Below are positions 41,331 through 50,727 of a DNA stretch of 64,000 nucleotides, one piece after another. Every line of letters begins with the position of its first letter. Positions within the stretch are counted from its first letter, which is position 1. The stretch comes from Acidimicrobiales bacterium. Its GTDB lineage: Bacteria > Actinomycetota > Acidimicrobiia > Acidimicrobiales > Bin134. The position numbers were made by a program, and so were the translations under genes. The notes beneath the pieces were generated by a model. It saw only the letters and a program-made list of their open reading frames with translations. It had not been told where the DNA came from and did no database searches. The stretch covers positions 1,823,584 through 1,887,583 of the forward strand of contig OY760141.1 in the NCBI GenBank assembly GCA_963663255.1, read 5' to 3'.

Positions 41331-42824
41331 ATGCGGGTGGCCGCCGCCGTTGTGACCGCCGCTCTGCTCGCGCTGCTGATAAGCCCTGCGCCGGGAGCCG
41401 CCGATCTAAAGCTTGATCTCGGCTGGCCCTCTTGCGATGCCGCGTCGCCGGGGCAGTGGTGCTGGACCAGCCGCACCTCGCTGGCCCATGAATACGCCCA
41501 CACCAACCAATTTGTCGAGTACGCCGGCACACCCTTCGGAAAACAGTCGACCGGGAATTCCCGTTCCACGTCCTGTGTCGTTCACAGTACGAGCGAGGGG
41601 TGCGGTCACAGCCCGCCCGCAGCCGACACCCCTGGGGCCTGGTACGAGTTTGGGGGCCACTGGTGGACGCCGCAGACGTACTACTGGTCTTACACCGGGC
41701 ATTGGAAGCCCGTGCCTCCCCCGCCGACGGCTACTCCGACGCCCCCACCAACGCCGAGTCCTACAGCGACGCCCACGCCTCGGCCCACGGTGATCCCTAC
41801 AGCGACGCCCACGCCTCGGCCCACGGTGACCCCTACCCCGACGCCCACGCCTCGGCCCACGGTGACCCCTACCCCGACGCCCACGCCTCGGCCCACGGTG
41901 ACCCCTACCCCGACGGCGACGCCTCGGCCCACGGTGACCCCTACCCCGACGGCTACTGCGGTTCCGACGGCGACGCCTCGGCCCACGGTGACCCCTACCC
42001 CGACGGCTACGCCTCGGCCCACGGCCACTCCGACTGCTACTGCGGTTCCGACGGCCACGCCTCGGCCCACTCCGACGGCTACTGCGACTCCCCCTCCCCC
42101 GCCGCCTCCGCCGCCTCCCCCACCTCCGCCGCCTCCATGGAAGACCTGCACGTCGGCGTGGACCGACCAGACCCGGATGTCGCTGCTGCGGCGGGTGCGG
42201 TGGGAGTCGATTGTTCCCTACGCCAGTGGTTTCACCGGACATCACCATCCAGAGGTACCGGGCGGGCGGCTGTTTCTGACCGCGGCGTCAAGGGCGGGCC
42301 ACACGGTGCGCCATTGGACAGCTCTGCAACCGGGGTCAACGCTCGATGTGCTCGACGCCCCGGTGAACGGATGCCTTTGGACGGCCACTGGTGTCGGGGT
42401 GTCGCTACGAGAGCTGCTTCCCTACGAGCCTGCTGATCTGGCCAAGCTGAAGGCTCCGGGCGACGTGGCTGCGAAGGACACGGCCATAAAGGCAGCCGCG
42501 CTGTGGGATCTGCTGAATGCGCAGCGCAGGCAATGGTTCCAAGCCGCCTTTGCCCGCAACGATCCTTCCATCGTCTGGTGCCCGCCCGGTGACTTGCCCC
42601 CTTGGACCGTGCCGGAAGACGGTGTGTTGTCTTTGTCCCCCGCCTGGGAAGCGGCCCACGGGCACTGTCGGTGGTCGATCCCCCGTCGGGGCTTCTGGGT
42701 GTGGAGCCTGCAAGTTCAGTACACCTCTGAGCAGGGCGATCACCACACCCTGGTCTTGGCCGATGATCTGTCCTGGTTCCGCGAGCCGACCGAGTATCTG
42801 GGCCAACGGATCACAATATGGTGA
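41331..42824 (+). CDS. Secreted protein with PT-rich stalk (putative adhesin or minor pilus protein)
   Basis: Signal peptide MRVAAAVVTAALLALLISPAPGAA; Trp/Cys-rich domains flank the PTPRPTVT repeats. Confidence 0.7.
   Translation: MRVAAAVVTAALLALLISPAPGAADLKLDLGWPSCDAASPGQWCWTSRTSLAHEYAHTNQFVEYAGTPFGKQSTGNSRSTSCVVHSTSEGCGHSPPAADTPGAWYEFGGHWWTPQTYYWSYTGHWKPVPPPPTATPTPPPTPSPTATPTPRPTVIPTATPTPRPTVTPTPTPTPRPTVTPTPTPTPRPTVTPTPTATPRPTVTPTPTATAVPTATPRPTVTPTPTATPRPTATPTATAVPTATPRPTPTATATPPPPPPPPPPPPPPPPWKTCTSAWTDQTRMSLLRRVRWESIVPYASGFTGHHHPEVPGGRLFLTAASRAGHTVRHWTALQPGSTLDVLDAPVNGCLWTATGVGVSLRELLPYEPADLAKLKAPGDVAAKDTAIKAAALWDLLNAQRRQWFQAAFARNDPSIVWCPPGDLPPWTVPEDGVLSLSPAWEAAHGHCRWSIPRRGFWVWSLQVQYTSEQGDHHTLVLADDLSWFREPTEYLGQRITIW
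41716..42137 (+). repeat. Coding Pro/Thr tandem repeats (30-nt core) and poly-Pro
   Basis: gcctcggcccacggtgacccctaccccgac repeated; encodes (TPTPTPRPTV)n then a poly-Pro run. Confidence 0.92.
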
Positions 42825-43468
42825 ACCGTCCCAATAGCGAGCAGTGGTCGCCCACGTCTTGGCCAGTTGCCTTCCGCTGGCGCCTATTGGCAACGGCGGT
42901 CGTCCTGGTGGCCACCGTCGCGGCGATCGCGGCCCTGTCCCGAGACGGCGATGACGTCGCGGAGGTCTCGGTGGTGGTGGCAGCCCAGCGGTGGGCGGAG
43001 GGCCATCCACCGGGCGATCACGCCACGGTCAACATGCCGGCCGACCTGGCCGCGCTGTTCATCCAGCCATCAGAGCTGGCCGAAGCCGTCGCAGCCGTCG
43101 ATGTGCCCGAGAGCGCGCTGGTCTCACCCAAGATGCTGCGCCCCCGACGAAGCGGTGACGACAACCGCAAAACCGCGCTGATGAGGTTCATGGTGAGCGC
43201 TGAGATGTGGGCCGGTTCCGGTCCGGCTGCCGGAGACCGGGCCGTGTTCTCTCCGTACTCTGGTGGATGCGCAGCGGCCCTGGCCACCTTGTTGGCGGTG
43301 GGCGACGAAGGCGCCGCCACCAGCGTGACCGTAGAGGCCACCCCTGAGCTGGCCGCCGTGCTGGCTGATGGACAGTGGTGGATATGGGAGTCGCCTCCCG
43401 GGGGCTGGCCTCGGTGCCCAAGCGATGGCCCGCCCGAGGCTGGTGGCAACAATGAGGCGACGAGCTGA
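42818..43468 (+). CDS. CpaB/RcpC-like pilus assembly protein (SAF-like)
   Basis: Single N-terminal TM, VVVAAQ..G, AAVDVPESALVSPKML; lies just before the ATPase. Confidence 0.6.
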   Translation: MVNRPNSEQWSPTSWPVAFRWRLLATAVVLVATVAAIAALSRDGDDVAEVSVVVAAQRWAEGHPPGDHATVNMPADLAALFIQPSELAEAVAAVDVPESALVSPKMLRPRRSGDDNRKTALMRFMVSAEMWAGSGPAAGDRAVFSPYSGGCAAALATLLAVGDEGAATSVTVEATPELAAVLADGQWWIWESPPGGWPRCPSDGPPEAGGNNEATS

Positions 43469-45096
43469 TGCTGTTGACCATTAGAGACCGATGGCTCGAC
43501 AGCGAGGCCGTGGAGCGGGTGATGGACGGGGTGCTGGAGGGCATTGCCAGCACCGCCCCCGGGGTGGTTCTGGCCACCTCCCCAACCGAGGTTGATCAGG
43601 CATCGGCTGCTGGTCATCCCACCGTGCTCTTCATGCGAGACGACGAGCCGGAACTCCGCTTGGAATCGGCGGTGGCCTCAGCCGCCGCGGTGTTGTGGAT
43701 CACTGCCGCCGACAGCACCGACGTCCGCTCCCAGCTTCGGCTGGACACCGGGGCCCGTCGTTCCACGCCGATTGTGTCGGTGGTTGTGTCCGACGATCAG
43801 CCCGACACCGATCGGTTCCGCCGCCAGCGGGTCTTCACGCTCTGGGTGTCCACCGAGCCGGCCCGGAGTCACCGCCGCCGGCTGCACCGGCTCGGGCGTC
43901 GGATGGCATGGACTGCTGTCGCCCCCCGCCGGCTCGATCCGCTCGACCGCGAGACCCACCTGTGGTCGGCCTCGCACGCCGCCCAGACCCGGCTGGCCGA
44001 TCTGCTGGAAGAAACCGGAGTCGAGGAGTTCCAAATCCGGGGCGGCGAGTGCATGATCGTCCACCGTGCCGAGGGACAGCGCGAGCGCCGGAACTCCCCA
44101 TTTGCGTCTAATGACGAGTTGATCGAGACAGCCCGGCACTTGGCCAGCTTCTCCGGAGGGCAGCCCCAGCGCTTCGACATGCTCGACAGCCGGCTGGACA
44201 TCCGCCTCGGCGACCGGTGGCGGCTGCACGCCGAAGCGTTTATGTGCCATCCCCCCACCATGGTGCTTCGGTCGAATATGGCCGGCAAGGCCACGTTGGA
44301 CGAGCTCAGCGTTGCCGAACCACCGCTTCAGAAGATATTGGCAGGGGCGGTTTCCGGGCCGATCCGGGCCAACATCGTGGTTGCCGCGGCCATGGGTGGC
44401 GGCAAGACCACGCTGTGCCAGGCCCTGCTGGCCACCGTCGACGCCTCGGAGAGGATCGACACCATAGAGGACACTCCCGAGCTCCGCTTGGCCCAATACG
44501 GCATCCATCCCAACAGCTTTGAGCGTCTCACACGGGATGCCAACAACGACGGTGTGGGAAAGGTCACCATGAGCGACCACATACGCGACGCCAAGCGGGC
44601 CAACTCGTCCAAGCTTGTGATCGGCGAGACGAGGGGCGAAGGCACCCTCGCGCTGCTCGACGCCATGAGCAGCGGGCTCAACGGCTGCCTGGTCACGCTG
44701 CACAGCCAGCCGGGTCCAGGCGTGCTGGCCAAACTGGTGTCGTACGCGTGCGGTGAGGGGGCCGACGCTCGGTTCGCCCGCCAGCAGATCGCCATCGCCG
44801 TCCATTTGCTGGTGTGGATGGGCCGAAACGAGATCGGAGAGCGGGTTGTGTCCGATGTCACCCAAATCGTCAGCTACGACGATCGACAAGACGTCATCGA
44901 CACCCGGTGCCTATGGGCCCTTCGCCCCGGCCAGCGGTGGTCGGCTCCGGTGGGCCGGCCCCACGGCCAAATCGAGCGTCTTTACCAATCAGTGGGGATA
45001 GACCTGCGACCGGCCGACGGCTCGACACCGAGAACCGACAGAATGCCGGCTGCGTCTTCGTTGTCGGTGGCGGCTTCCTCGGTGACAAGCCAATGA
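43468..45096 (+). CDS. tadA: TadA/CpaF family pilus ATPase with long N-terminal extension
   Basis: AAMGGGKTT, ERIDTIEDTPEL, LVIGETRGEG, AMSSG..G..VTLHS. Confidence 0.85.
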   Translation: MLLTIRDRWLDSEAVERVMDGVLEGIASTAPGVVLATSPTEVDQASAAGHPTVLFMRDDEPELRLESAVASAAAVLWITAADSTDVRSQLRLDTGARRSTPIVSVVVSDDQPDTDRFRRQRVFTLWVSTEPARSHRRRLHRLGRRMAWTAVAPRRLDPLDRETHLWSASHAAQTRLADLLEETGVEEFQIRGGECMIVHRAEGQRERRNSPFASNDELIETARHLASFSGGQPQRFDMLDSRLDIRLGDRWRLHAEAFMCHPPTMVLRSNMAGKATLDELSVAEPPLQKILAGAVSGPIRANIVVAAAMGGGKTTLCQALLATVDASERIDTIEDTPELRLAQYGIHPNSFERLTRDANNDGVGKVTMSDHIRDAKRANSSKLVIGETRGEGTLALLDAMSSGLNGCLVTLHSQPGPGVLAKLVSYACGEGADARFARQQIAIAVHLLVWMGRNEIGERVVSDVTQIVSYDDRQDVIDTRCLWALRPGQRWSAPVGRPHGQIERLYQSVGIDLRPADGSTPRTDRMPAASSLSVAASSVTSQ

Positions 45097-45908
45097 CTGC
45101 GCAAGCCGCGGCGGCTATGGCCGCAGGGTTCGCCTTGATGGTTATGGTCTGGTGGCCGACGTCGGCGGGAACCCCCTCGGCGCTCCTCATGGGGAGCCTC
45201 TTGCTGGTCCAGCGGCGCTCACTGCGAGCCGGGCCGCTGCTGGCCGCGGCACTGGTTGCTCTCGGATTCATCGCCGGGATGGTTCTGGTGGGGGCCACCA
45301 CCGGCGTGGCCGTCATGGTGCTGACCGGCGTGGGCATTTGGGCAATCGCGGTTCAGATCAGGTCGCGCCGTAGTCTGCGGGAAGCCGACGAGCTAGCCCA
45401 GCTGACCAGCGGACTGGCCAACCAGGCGTTGGTGGCTCCCACCGTAGTGGTAGCCGTCCGCCAAGCAGCGCCGCTGATTCCCGGCCGGGTGGGTGCAGCT
45501 GCACAGCTCATGGCCGCCGAGTGCGAGACCGGCGGCCTGGTCGAGGCGGCCAACCGCTTTTCCACCACCATCCAACGCCCTATTGCCGAGATGCTGGCCA
45601 CCGTGCTGGCCGAGGCCTTTCGGGGAGGCTCGCAGTGGGTGGGTCTGGCTGGCGTATTGGCCGACGAGGCTATGGAGGCGGCCGAGACTGCTCGCCACTT
45701 CCACCGTTATGTGGCGGCCCTCATGCCTCAAATTGCGGTCACCGTGGTGATGGCGGTCGGGATGCTGGCCATCAGCGGCTTCGCCGCCAAAGACGTGGGT
45801 CGCTGGCTTACCTCATCGGTTGGGCAGCAGTTCTTGTTGCTCCTGGCGCTGCTGACGGCCGCCATCTGTGCCCGGGTGCTGGCCCCAGCCTGGCGGGCGG
45901 GCCGATGA
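45093..45908 (+). CDS. TadB-like membrane protein
   Basis: TM-rich, T2SSF-like central region, WLTSSVGQ C-terminal TadB pattern; ATGA-coupled to tadA. Confidence 0.65.
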   Translation: MTAQAAAAMAAGFALMVMVWWPTSAGTPSALLMGSLLLVQRRSLRAGPLLAAALVALGFIAGMVLVGATTGVAVMVLTGVGIWAIAVQIRSRRSLREADELAQLTSGLANQALVAPTVVVAVRQAAPLIPGRVGAAAQLMAAECETGGLVEAANRFSTTIQRPIAEMLATVLAEAFRGGSQWVGLAGVLADEAMEAAETARHFHRYVAALMPQIAVTVVMAVGMLAISGFAAKDVGRWLTSSVGQQFLLLLALLTAAICARVLAPAWRAGR

Positions 45909-46618
45909 TCTTCGTCGCCGGTGCCTCGGGAGTGGCCGCGGCGATGGTCTTGCTGCTGACCCCGCCCAGCACCACCAGCCAGGCCGCAATTCAGGCTGCG
46001 GCCATTGGTTGGCCTCCTAACCACATATCGATGGCCAGCTGGACTCTGTCGGCTGCCGGTGCTGTGGTTGGCGGGCTCGTCGGACTATCGGCATTCGGCT
46101 GGGCCGGAGGCATGACTCTGGCGGTGTTGGCCGGAACGTGGCTGCCTCGCCTGGTGCCCGCGGCCATCCGGTCGCTGGCCGCCGCGGGCTACCGCCGAGA
46201 ACGGGACCAAAAGGTGCTCGAGTGGATGCGCAAGCTGCGGCTGCTGACTTCGGCGGGACAGCCCATCAACGCCGCCGCGGTCAACGCGGCTTTGACGGTA
46301 TCGGGTCGGGCTTTCACCGTGGCCCAAGGGGCCATTGGGGCTGCTTTGGAGGCCGGACGGGATCCACTGCCCGCGGTCACCGCGGCCATCGCCGGCTCCC
46401 CCGCCGAGCCGCTGCTGGCCTCGGTGGTGGCCGCCGAGCGGGCCGGAGCGGCGTCCTCAGACCTATTGGACAAGTCCCTGTCCCGATCAGTTCGGACTTT
46501 GGAGTCCGAGCGACGCCTGGAGATCGACCAGCTCAGCCGGGCCATCGGAACCACGGTCACCTTGGTGGCCGCCGTCGCTGGTCTCACCGTCATGGCCGCC
46601 GTGATCTTCGTGCTCTGA
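45905..46618 (+). CDS. TadC-like membrane protein
   Basis: LRLLTSAGQPINAA, AAERAGA; ATGA-coupled. Confidence 0.65.
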   Translation: MIFVAGASGVAAAMVLLLTPPSTTSQAAIQAAAIGWPPNHISMASWTLSAAGAVVGGLVGLSAFGWAGGMTLAVLAGTWLPRLVPAAIRSLAAAGYRRERDQKVLEWMRKLRLLTSAGQPINAAAVNAALTVSGRAFTVAQGAIGAALEAGRDPLPAVTAAIAGSPAEPLLASVVAAERAGAASSDLLDKSLSRSVRTLESERRLEIDQLSRAIGTTVTLVAAVAGLTVMAAVIFVL

Positions 46619-46656
46619 GGCGCGCCGGATGCCCTGTACCAAAGGAGAAATCACCC

Positions 46657-46860
46657 ATGCAATCAGCCATCGTCCAGATGATCTTGATCGTGGTCGCCAT
46701 TGCCGCCGCCGCCATCGTGGCCATCATCGTCTATGCCCAACTCAGCTCGAATGCTCCCGCCGACGGGGACAACATCGACTTGGACCGGATTACCACCGAG
46801 ACACTGTGCGATGCGGTAGGTGGAACTTGGACTGCTGGCAATACCCCGCCCTGCGCATAG
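46657..46860 (+). CDS. Flp-like major pilin candidate (67 aa)
   Basis: Strong AAGGAG SD; MQSAIVQMILIVVAIAAAAIVAIIVY hydrophobic helix then a short Cys-pair head; follows tadC. Confidence 0.65.
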   Translation: MQSAIVQMILIVVAIAAAAIVAIIVYAQLSSNAPADGDNIDLDRITTETLCDAVGGTWTAGNTPPCA

Positions 46861-46866
46861 CCAACC

Positions 46867-47265
46867 ATGGCCTCATCTCTGGTCGTCCTGCGCAGCGCGG
46901 TGCTGCTGATGTTCTTGTTGGCGGTGGTCACCGGGCTGTACGTGAGCCACGTCACCCGGTTGTCGGCCGACGCCGCTGCCCAGTCGGCCGCGATTGCCGC
47001 GGCCCAGGCTGCAACCGAGGTCGGATGGCAGTGCGATGTGCCGCCACCCGAGGCGTTGACCGCCGCGGCCCGAGCGGCCTTGGGCAAGATTGAGCACCTC
47101 GCGGTGCAGCCGGTGGCCGTGGACGTGTACGCCGACGCCTGCAACCTGATCGCCGCGGTCACCGCCGCTCCGCTCGACACCCGGGTGTCGGCGCTGCACA
47201 CCACCGCCACGGGCTGTCGATCGGCCACCAGCGCTGCAGCACTGAGCGTCCCCGGCTCCTGTTGA
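46867..47265 (+). CDS. TadE-like minor pilin
   Basis: N-terminal hydrophobic helix, AAAQSAAIAAA helix, Cys residues. Confidence 0.55.
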   Translation: MASSLVVLRSAVLLMFLLAVVTGLYVSHVTRLSADAAAQSAAIAAAQAATEVGWQCDVPPPEALTAAARAALGKIEHLAVQPVAVDVYADACNLIAAVTAAPLDTRVSALHTTATGCRSATSAAALSVPGSC

Positions 47266-47275
47266 CGGGATTCCC

Positions 47276-47695
47276 ATGAGCGACGCCATCGCGTTTCTGC
47301 TGATACTCCCCGCGCTGGTGCTCGGCATTGTGGTGCTCGACGCCGCCGGAACGCTGGGCACGGCCCGGTACCGAACAGCGGCCTTCACCGAGGCCGCTGC
47401 CGTCCATGCTGCCGACACCCTGGCTGAGGCCGACGGCACCACCGCGGAGCCGTCGGCTCGGGACCGGTGGGACGAGGTGATGGCCGCGGTGGAGCAGTCC
47501 GGCCTCGCCGCCACCGCCGGGGTCTGCAACCAAACCGACGCCTTGTTCGAGGTCAGCCTGGTTTCCCAGCCTCGCCCTTCCCGAAGCCCCGGCACGACAC
47601 CGTCGGTGGCGGCGGTGGTGAGCTGCCCGGTAGAGCTGGGTTTGCTACTCAAGACCGAACGAGTCATGGCCGTGGGCATCGAGCCAGTCGACTAG
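47276..47695 (+). CDS. TadE-like minor pilin
   Basis: AFLLILPALVLG, AAAVHAA, C..VSCPV, C-terminal EPVD typical of actinobacterial TadE. Confidence 0.65.
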   Translation: MSDAIAFLLILPALVLGIVVLDAAGTLGTARYRTAAFTEAAAVHAADTLAEADGTTAEPSARDRWDEVMAAVEQSGLAATAGVCNQTDALFEVSLVSQPRPSRSPGTTPSVAAVVSCPVELGLLLKTERVMAVGIEPVD

Positions 47696-47699
47696 GCCG

Positions 47700-48071
47700 A
47701 TGTACTCCGCCATTGTGCTCTTGTCGCTGGGCATGGCCGTGGCTGTGGCCAGCGGCTCGCTGGCCGACCACGGTGAACTGATCACCAGTCGCAACCTGGC
47801 CGTCAACCGGGCCGAGCGGGCCGCGGGAGCCTTTGTCGATGGTTGCGGGAGCCGGGGTTGCGACCCGGGCACGGTGAACACAACCCGCCTTGACGGCACC
47901 ATCCTGGCCGGTTGCGTCAGCCAAGCCGGGGGAAGTCCCGTGCTTCGAGTGGAGGCCCGCATCCCTTGGAGCCCACGGGTGTTCACTGGCCTAACCCCGG
48001 CCACTGGCACGGTGGCCATCGACCTGGGCGGTATGGGGGTTCCCGCAACCGCCGTATTGGCCCCATGCTGA
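47700..48071 (+). CDS. TadG/TadE-like minor pilin
   Basis: N-terminal hydrophobic helix, LADHG..AERAAGA, Cys pairs. Confidence 0.5.
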   Translation: MYSAIVLLSLGMAVAVASGSLADHGELITSRNLAVNRAERAAGAFVDGCGSRGCDPGTVNTTRLDGTILAGCVSQAGGSPVLRVEARIPWSPRVFTGLTPATGTVAIDLGGMGVPATAVLAPC

Positions 48072-48126
48072 GGAAAGCCCACCAGCAGTTCTGCCATTGA
48101 ACGCCAATGCGGTAGCGTGACCGCCG

Positions 48127-49572
48127 GTGTCTCGCAGGATTGAGATTGAGCTGACCAGCCAGCGGCCCGACGGGTCTTGGACATGGAGGGCCGCGGGCGC
48201 ACGAGAGCCGAAGGGCGAGATGGCCGGCGATCTGATCGCCTTTGCGGCCAAAGCGGGCGACGAGCTGACCGTCGAGGCCGAGTTCCACATGGATGGTATC
48301 GAGATCATCGAGGCCTTCGAACCCAAGACCAAGCGTCCCCTGCCGGAGACTCTGGAGGTCTTGGGCTCTGGCCGAGATCAACCGCTGGTGACCACCCAGT
48401 TGGTGGCCAACCGCAAGGGCCGGGACCGAGACCGGGATTCCGGCGACCGAAGGGGACGTCAGGACCGACGCGGCCGGGGCGACCGAAGGGATCGTGACCG
48501 CCGGGAAACCCGCCGCGACGATGACCGTCCCAAGGCCAAGCGCCTACGCCCCGCACGCACCCACCGCCAGGCGTTGATCGACAGCTTGCCTGAGGAGCAA
48601 AAGCCGGTGGCTGAGAAGATGATGAGAGACGGCGTCGCCTCGGTGGAACAAGCCCTGCGGGATCAGCGCAAGAAAGCCCGTGACGCCGCCCAAGCCAAGA
48701 AGAAAGCGGCCAAGGAAGCTTCTGAGGCCGAGGCCAAAACGGAGGAGGCTCCTGAATCTGAGGCCGAGGCCAAGCCCGAGGAGACTCCTGAATCTGAGGC
48801 CGAGGCCAAAACGGAGGAGGCTCCTGAATCTGAGGCCGAGGCCAAGCCCGAGGAGGCTCCTGAGGCCGAGGCCAAAACGGAGGAGGCTCCTGAATCTGAG
48901 GCCGAGGCCAAGACCAAATCGCCAAAGCAGGGTGCGAAAGAAAAGAAGTCTGGTTCCGAGCCTGCTGATGAATTTCTAGCCGCAGCAGGCAAGCTGCTCC
49001 CTCGGATGCGATCTGCGGAGTGGCGAGATCGGGTTGAGGCCGCGCTGGCCGAAATTGACGAAGTTGATCTACGCGATTTGCGGTCGGTGGTGGTCGCCTC
49101 TGAGGACGGGGCAACCGACGAAGAGACCAAGGCTATGGCCGAAGATCTGCGCAACAAGCTCACCGAGCGAGTCGACCGAGAGCACGCCGAATGGCTGGCC
49201 GAGGTGGCGGCCACGCTGGCCGATGGTCGAATGGTGCGGGCCTTGAGGCTCAGCTCACGGCCCCCGAAAGCCGGAGTGCCCCTTCCCCAAGACATGGTCA
49301 ACCGATTGACAGAGGCGGCCAACGCCGCCTTGACCAGCGACACGCCGTCCAAGCGTTGGATCACCGTATTGGGTGCGGTGGCGTTCTCGCCGGTGCGCCG
49401 AACGGTTCAGCCCCAGGGTGTCCCGGAGAATCCTGACAAAGAACTATTGGCTGAGGTCACAAAGCTGTCTGAGCGGGTTCCCCATATCGCCGCCCTGTTC
49501 GGCGTGGAACCCACGCCGCCGCCGAGACGCAGCCGCCGCGGCGCCGGTGTTCAACCCGCTAGCCGGAGATAA
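48127..49572 (+). CDS. Conserved hypothetical protein with charged low-complexity linkers
   Basis: 481 aa; ordered N-terminus ([24 protein letters not shown]) and C-terminus ([13 protein letters not shown]). Confidence 0.75.
   Translation: MSRRIEIELTSQRPDGSWTWRAAGAREPKGEMAGDLIAFAAKAGDELTVEAEFHMDGIEIIEAFEPKTKRPLPETLEVLGSGRDQPLVTTQLVANRKGRDRDRDSGDRRGRQDRRGRGDRRDRDRRETRRDDDRPKAKRLRPARTHRQALIDSLPEEQKPVAEKMMRDGVASVEQALRDQRKKARDAAQAKKKAAKEASEAEAKTEEAPESEAEAKPEETPESEAEAKTEEAPESEAEAKPEEAPEAEAKTEEAPESEAEAKTKSPKQGAKEKKSGSEPADEFLAAAGKLLPRMRSAEWRDRVEAALAEIDEVDLRDLRSVVVASEDGATDEETKAMAEDLRNKLTERVDREHAEWLAEVAATLADGRMVRALRLSSRPPKAGVPLPQDMVNRLTEAANAALTSDTPSKRWITVLGAVAFSPVRRTVQPQGVPENPDKELLAEVTKLSERVPHIAALFGVEPTPPPRRSRRGAGVQPASRR
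48721..48912 (+). repeat. Coding 30/36-nt acidic tandem repeats ([12 protein letters not shown])
   Basis: tctgaggccgaggccaaaacggaggaggctcctgaa and variants, about 5 copies. Confidence 0.92.
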
Positions 49573-49612
49573 CCCGCCAGCCGGAGATAACCCGCTAGCC
49601 GGAGATAACCCG
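49553..49612. repeat. Three tandem 18-nt copies spanning two convergent stop codons
   Basis: aacccgctagccggagat / aacccgccagccggagat / aacccgctagccggagat + aacccg. Confidence 0.95.
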
Positions 49613-49993
49613 GTGGTCGGCTAAGAACTGAAGCAGGCCGTCGACCAAGTCCCACTCCTCCAATTCGCCAATGTCCACCCATGCCGCGTCGGTTGCATCG
49701 GTAGCGGCGGTCGGCGCCGCATCGGGCGCCACTGTGACCCAAAAGTCCACCACCACGTAGTGGCGTCGGCGGCCGATGAGCTCGGTCCAGCCCACGGCCT
49801 CGCCCACCTCCCCTTCCAGCCCAGTTTCCTCCAGCAGCTCCCTGCGGGCAGCGTCGGCCATGCTCTCCCCCCGTTGCACGCGGCCACCGGGCACCGACCA
49901 CAGTCCCTCCCCCGGCGGAGTTCCTCGACGGATGAGCAGAATGGCGTCGCCGCTTACCACCACGGCCCCGACACATAGCTCCGGCCCGCTCAT
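49595..49993 (-). CDS. NUDIX hydrolase
   Basis: PGGRVQRGESMADAARRELLEETGL Nudix box. Confidence 0.93.
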   Translation of the reverse strand: MSGPELCVGAVVVSGDAILLIRRGTPPGEGLWSVPGGRVQRGESMADAARRELLEETGLEGEVGEAVGWTELIGRRRHYVVVDFWVTVAPDAAPTAATDATDAAWVDIGELEEWDLVDGLLQFLADHRVISG

Positions 49994-50490
49994 GACTCCC
50001 GGTTTTGGTCAAGCTGGGTATGGACGATCAGTGCGTGGGCAGTCATCTTGAATGTCTCAAAAAAGTTCTTGGCTTCGCGGTGGCCCGGCAACACGAAGGC
50101 GTCGATCGCCACCAGCTCCTGCTCCCGAGCCCACTGCATCAAACTGTCGAACAGCGACTCCCCCACTCCTACCGAACGGCCCTCCGGTGTGACGAACAGC
50201 TCTTCGATCCGGCCAATCGGTGATCCGTCTAGGCGGACAATTCGCCGGGCCCATCCGTACCCCACCACCGTGTCGTCCCAGATGCCCGCCACCAATACCG
50301 CCTCAGGATCAGCAATGAGCCCTACCAGATGATGCTCAAGCGGCTCAGGAGCGGCCTCGGTGGCCATCCATCGTTCTCCGCCCCGGTATTCCAGCGCTTC
50401 GCGACGGGCTTCCCGGGCCAATTCGGCTATGGCACCGATCTCGTCGGCACGGGCTGGTCGGGCCGCGCCGTCTTTTGGCCGCTCGCTCAT
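49990..50490 (-). CDS. GNAT family N-acetyltransferase
   Basis: IEELFVTPEGRSVGVG, AKNFFE. Confidence 0.88.
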   Translation of the reverse strand: MSERPKDGAARPARADEIGAIAELAREARREALEYRGGERWMATEAAPEPLEHHLVGLIADPEAVLVAGIWDDTVVGYGWARRIVRLDGSPIGRIEELFVTPEGRSVGVGESLFDSLMQWAREQELVAIDAFVLPGHREAKNFFETFKMTAHALIVHTQLDQNRES

Positions 50491-50493
50491 TGT

Positions 50494-50727
50494 TCAACCA
50501 GGCTGAGGGTCGGGAGGGTTGGCGGGGCCATCAGTCGGAGCAGAGGAGTGGCCCAAGGCAATGCGCCCAAGCAGCCGAGCGGCTTCCAGTTGTCGACGGC
50601 CTCGAGCCGCCAGCTCCGCGCTCGGCTTGTCCGACTCCAGAAGGAGCCCCAAAGGCGCGAACACCAGCGCATCGAGCATCCGGTCCAGCGCCTCCCGGGA
50701 GGAGTCGGTGCTGTCGGTCGAGCTCAC
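50494..50727 (-). CDS. Hypothetical protein
   Basis: GTGA-coupled start; LDALVFAPLGLL..ARGRRQLEAARLLG; fills the operon gap. Confidence 0.55.
   Translation of the reverse strand: MSSTDSTDSSREALDRMLDALVFAPLGLLLESDKPSAELAARGRRQLEAARLLGRIALGHSSAPTDGPANPPDPQPG

Noticed and set aside
33030-48126. One large integrated island covering the oxygenases through the Tad cluster
   Set aside because: No integrase, tRNA or flanking direct repeats found; only the internal 1.7-kb cassette has defined ends.
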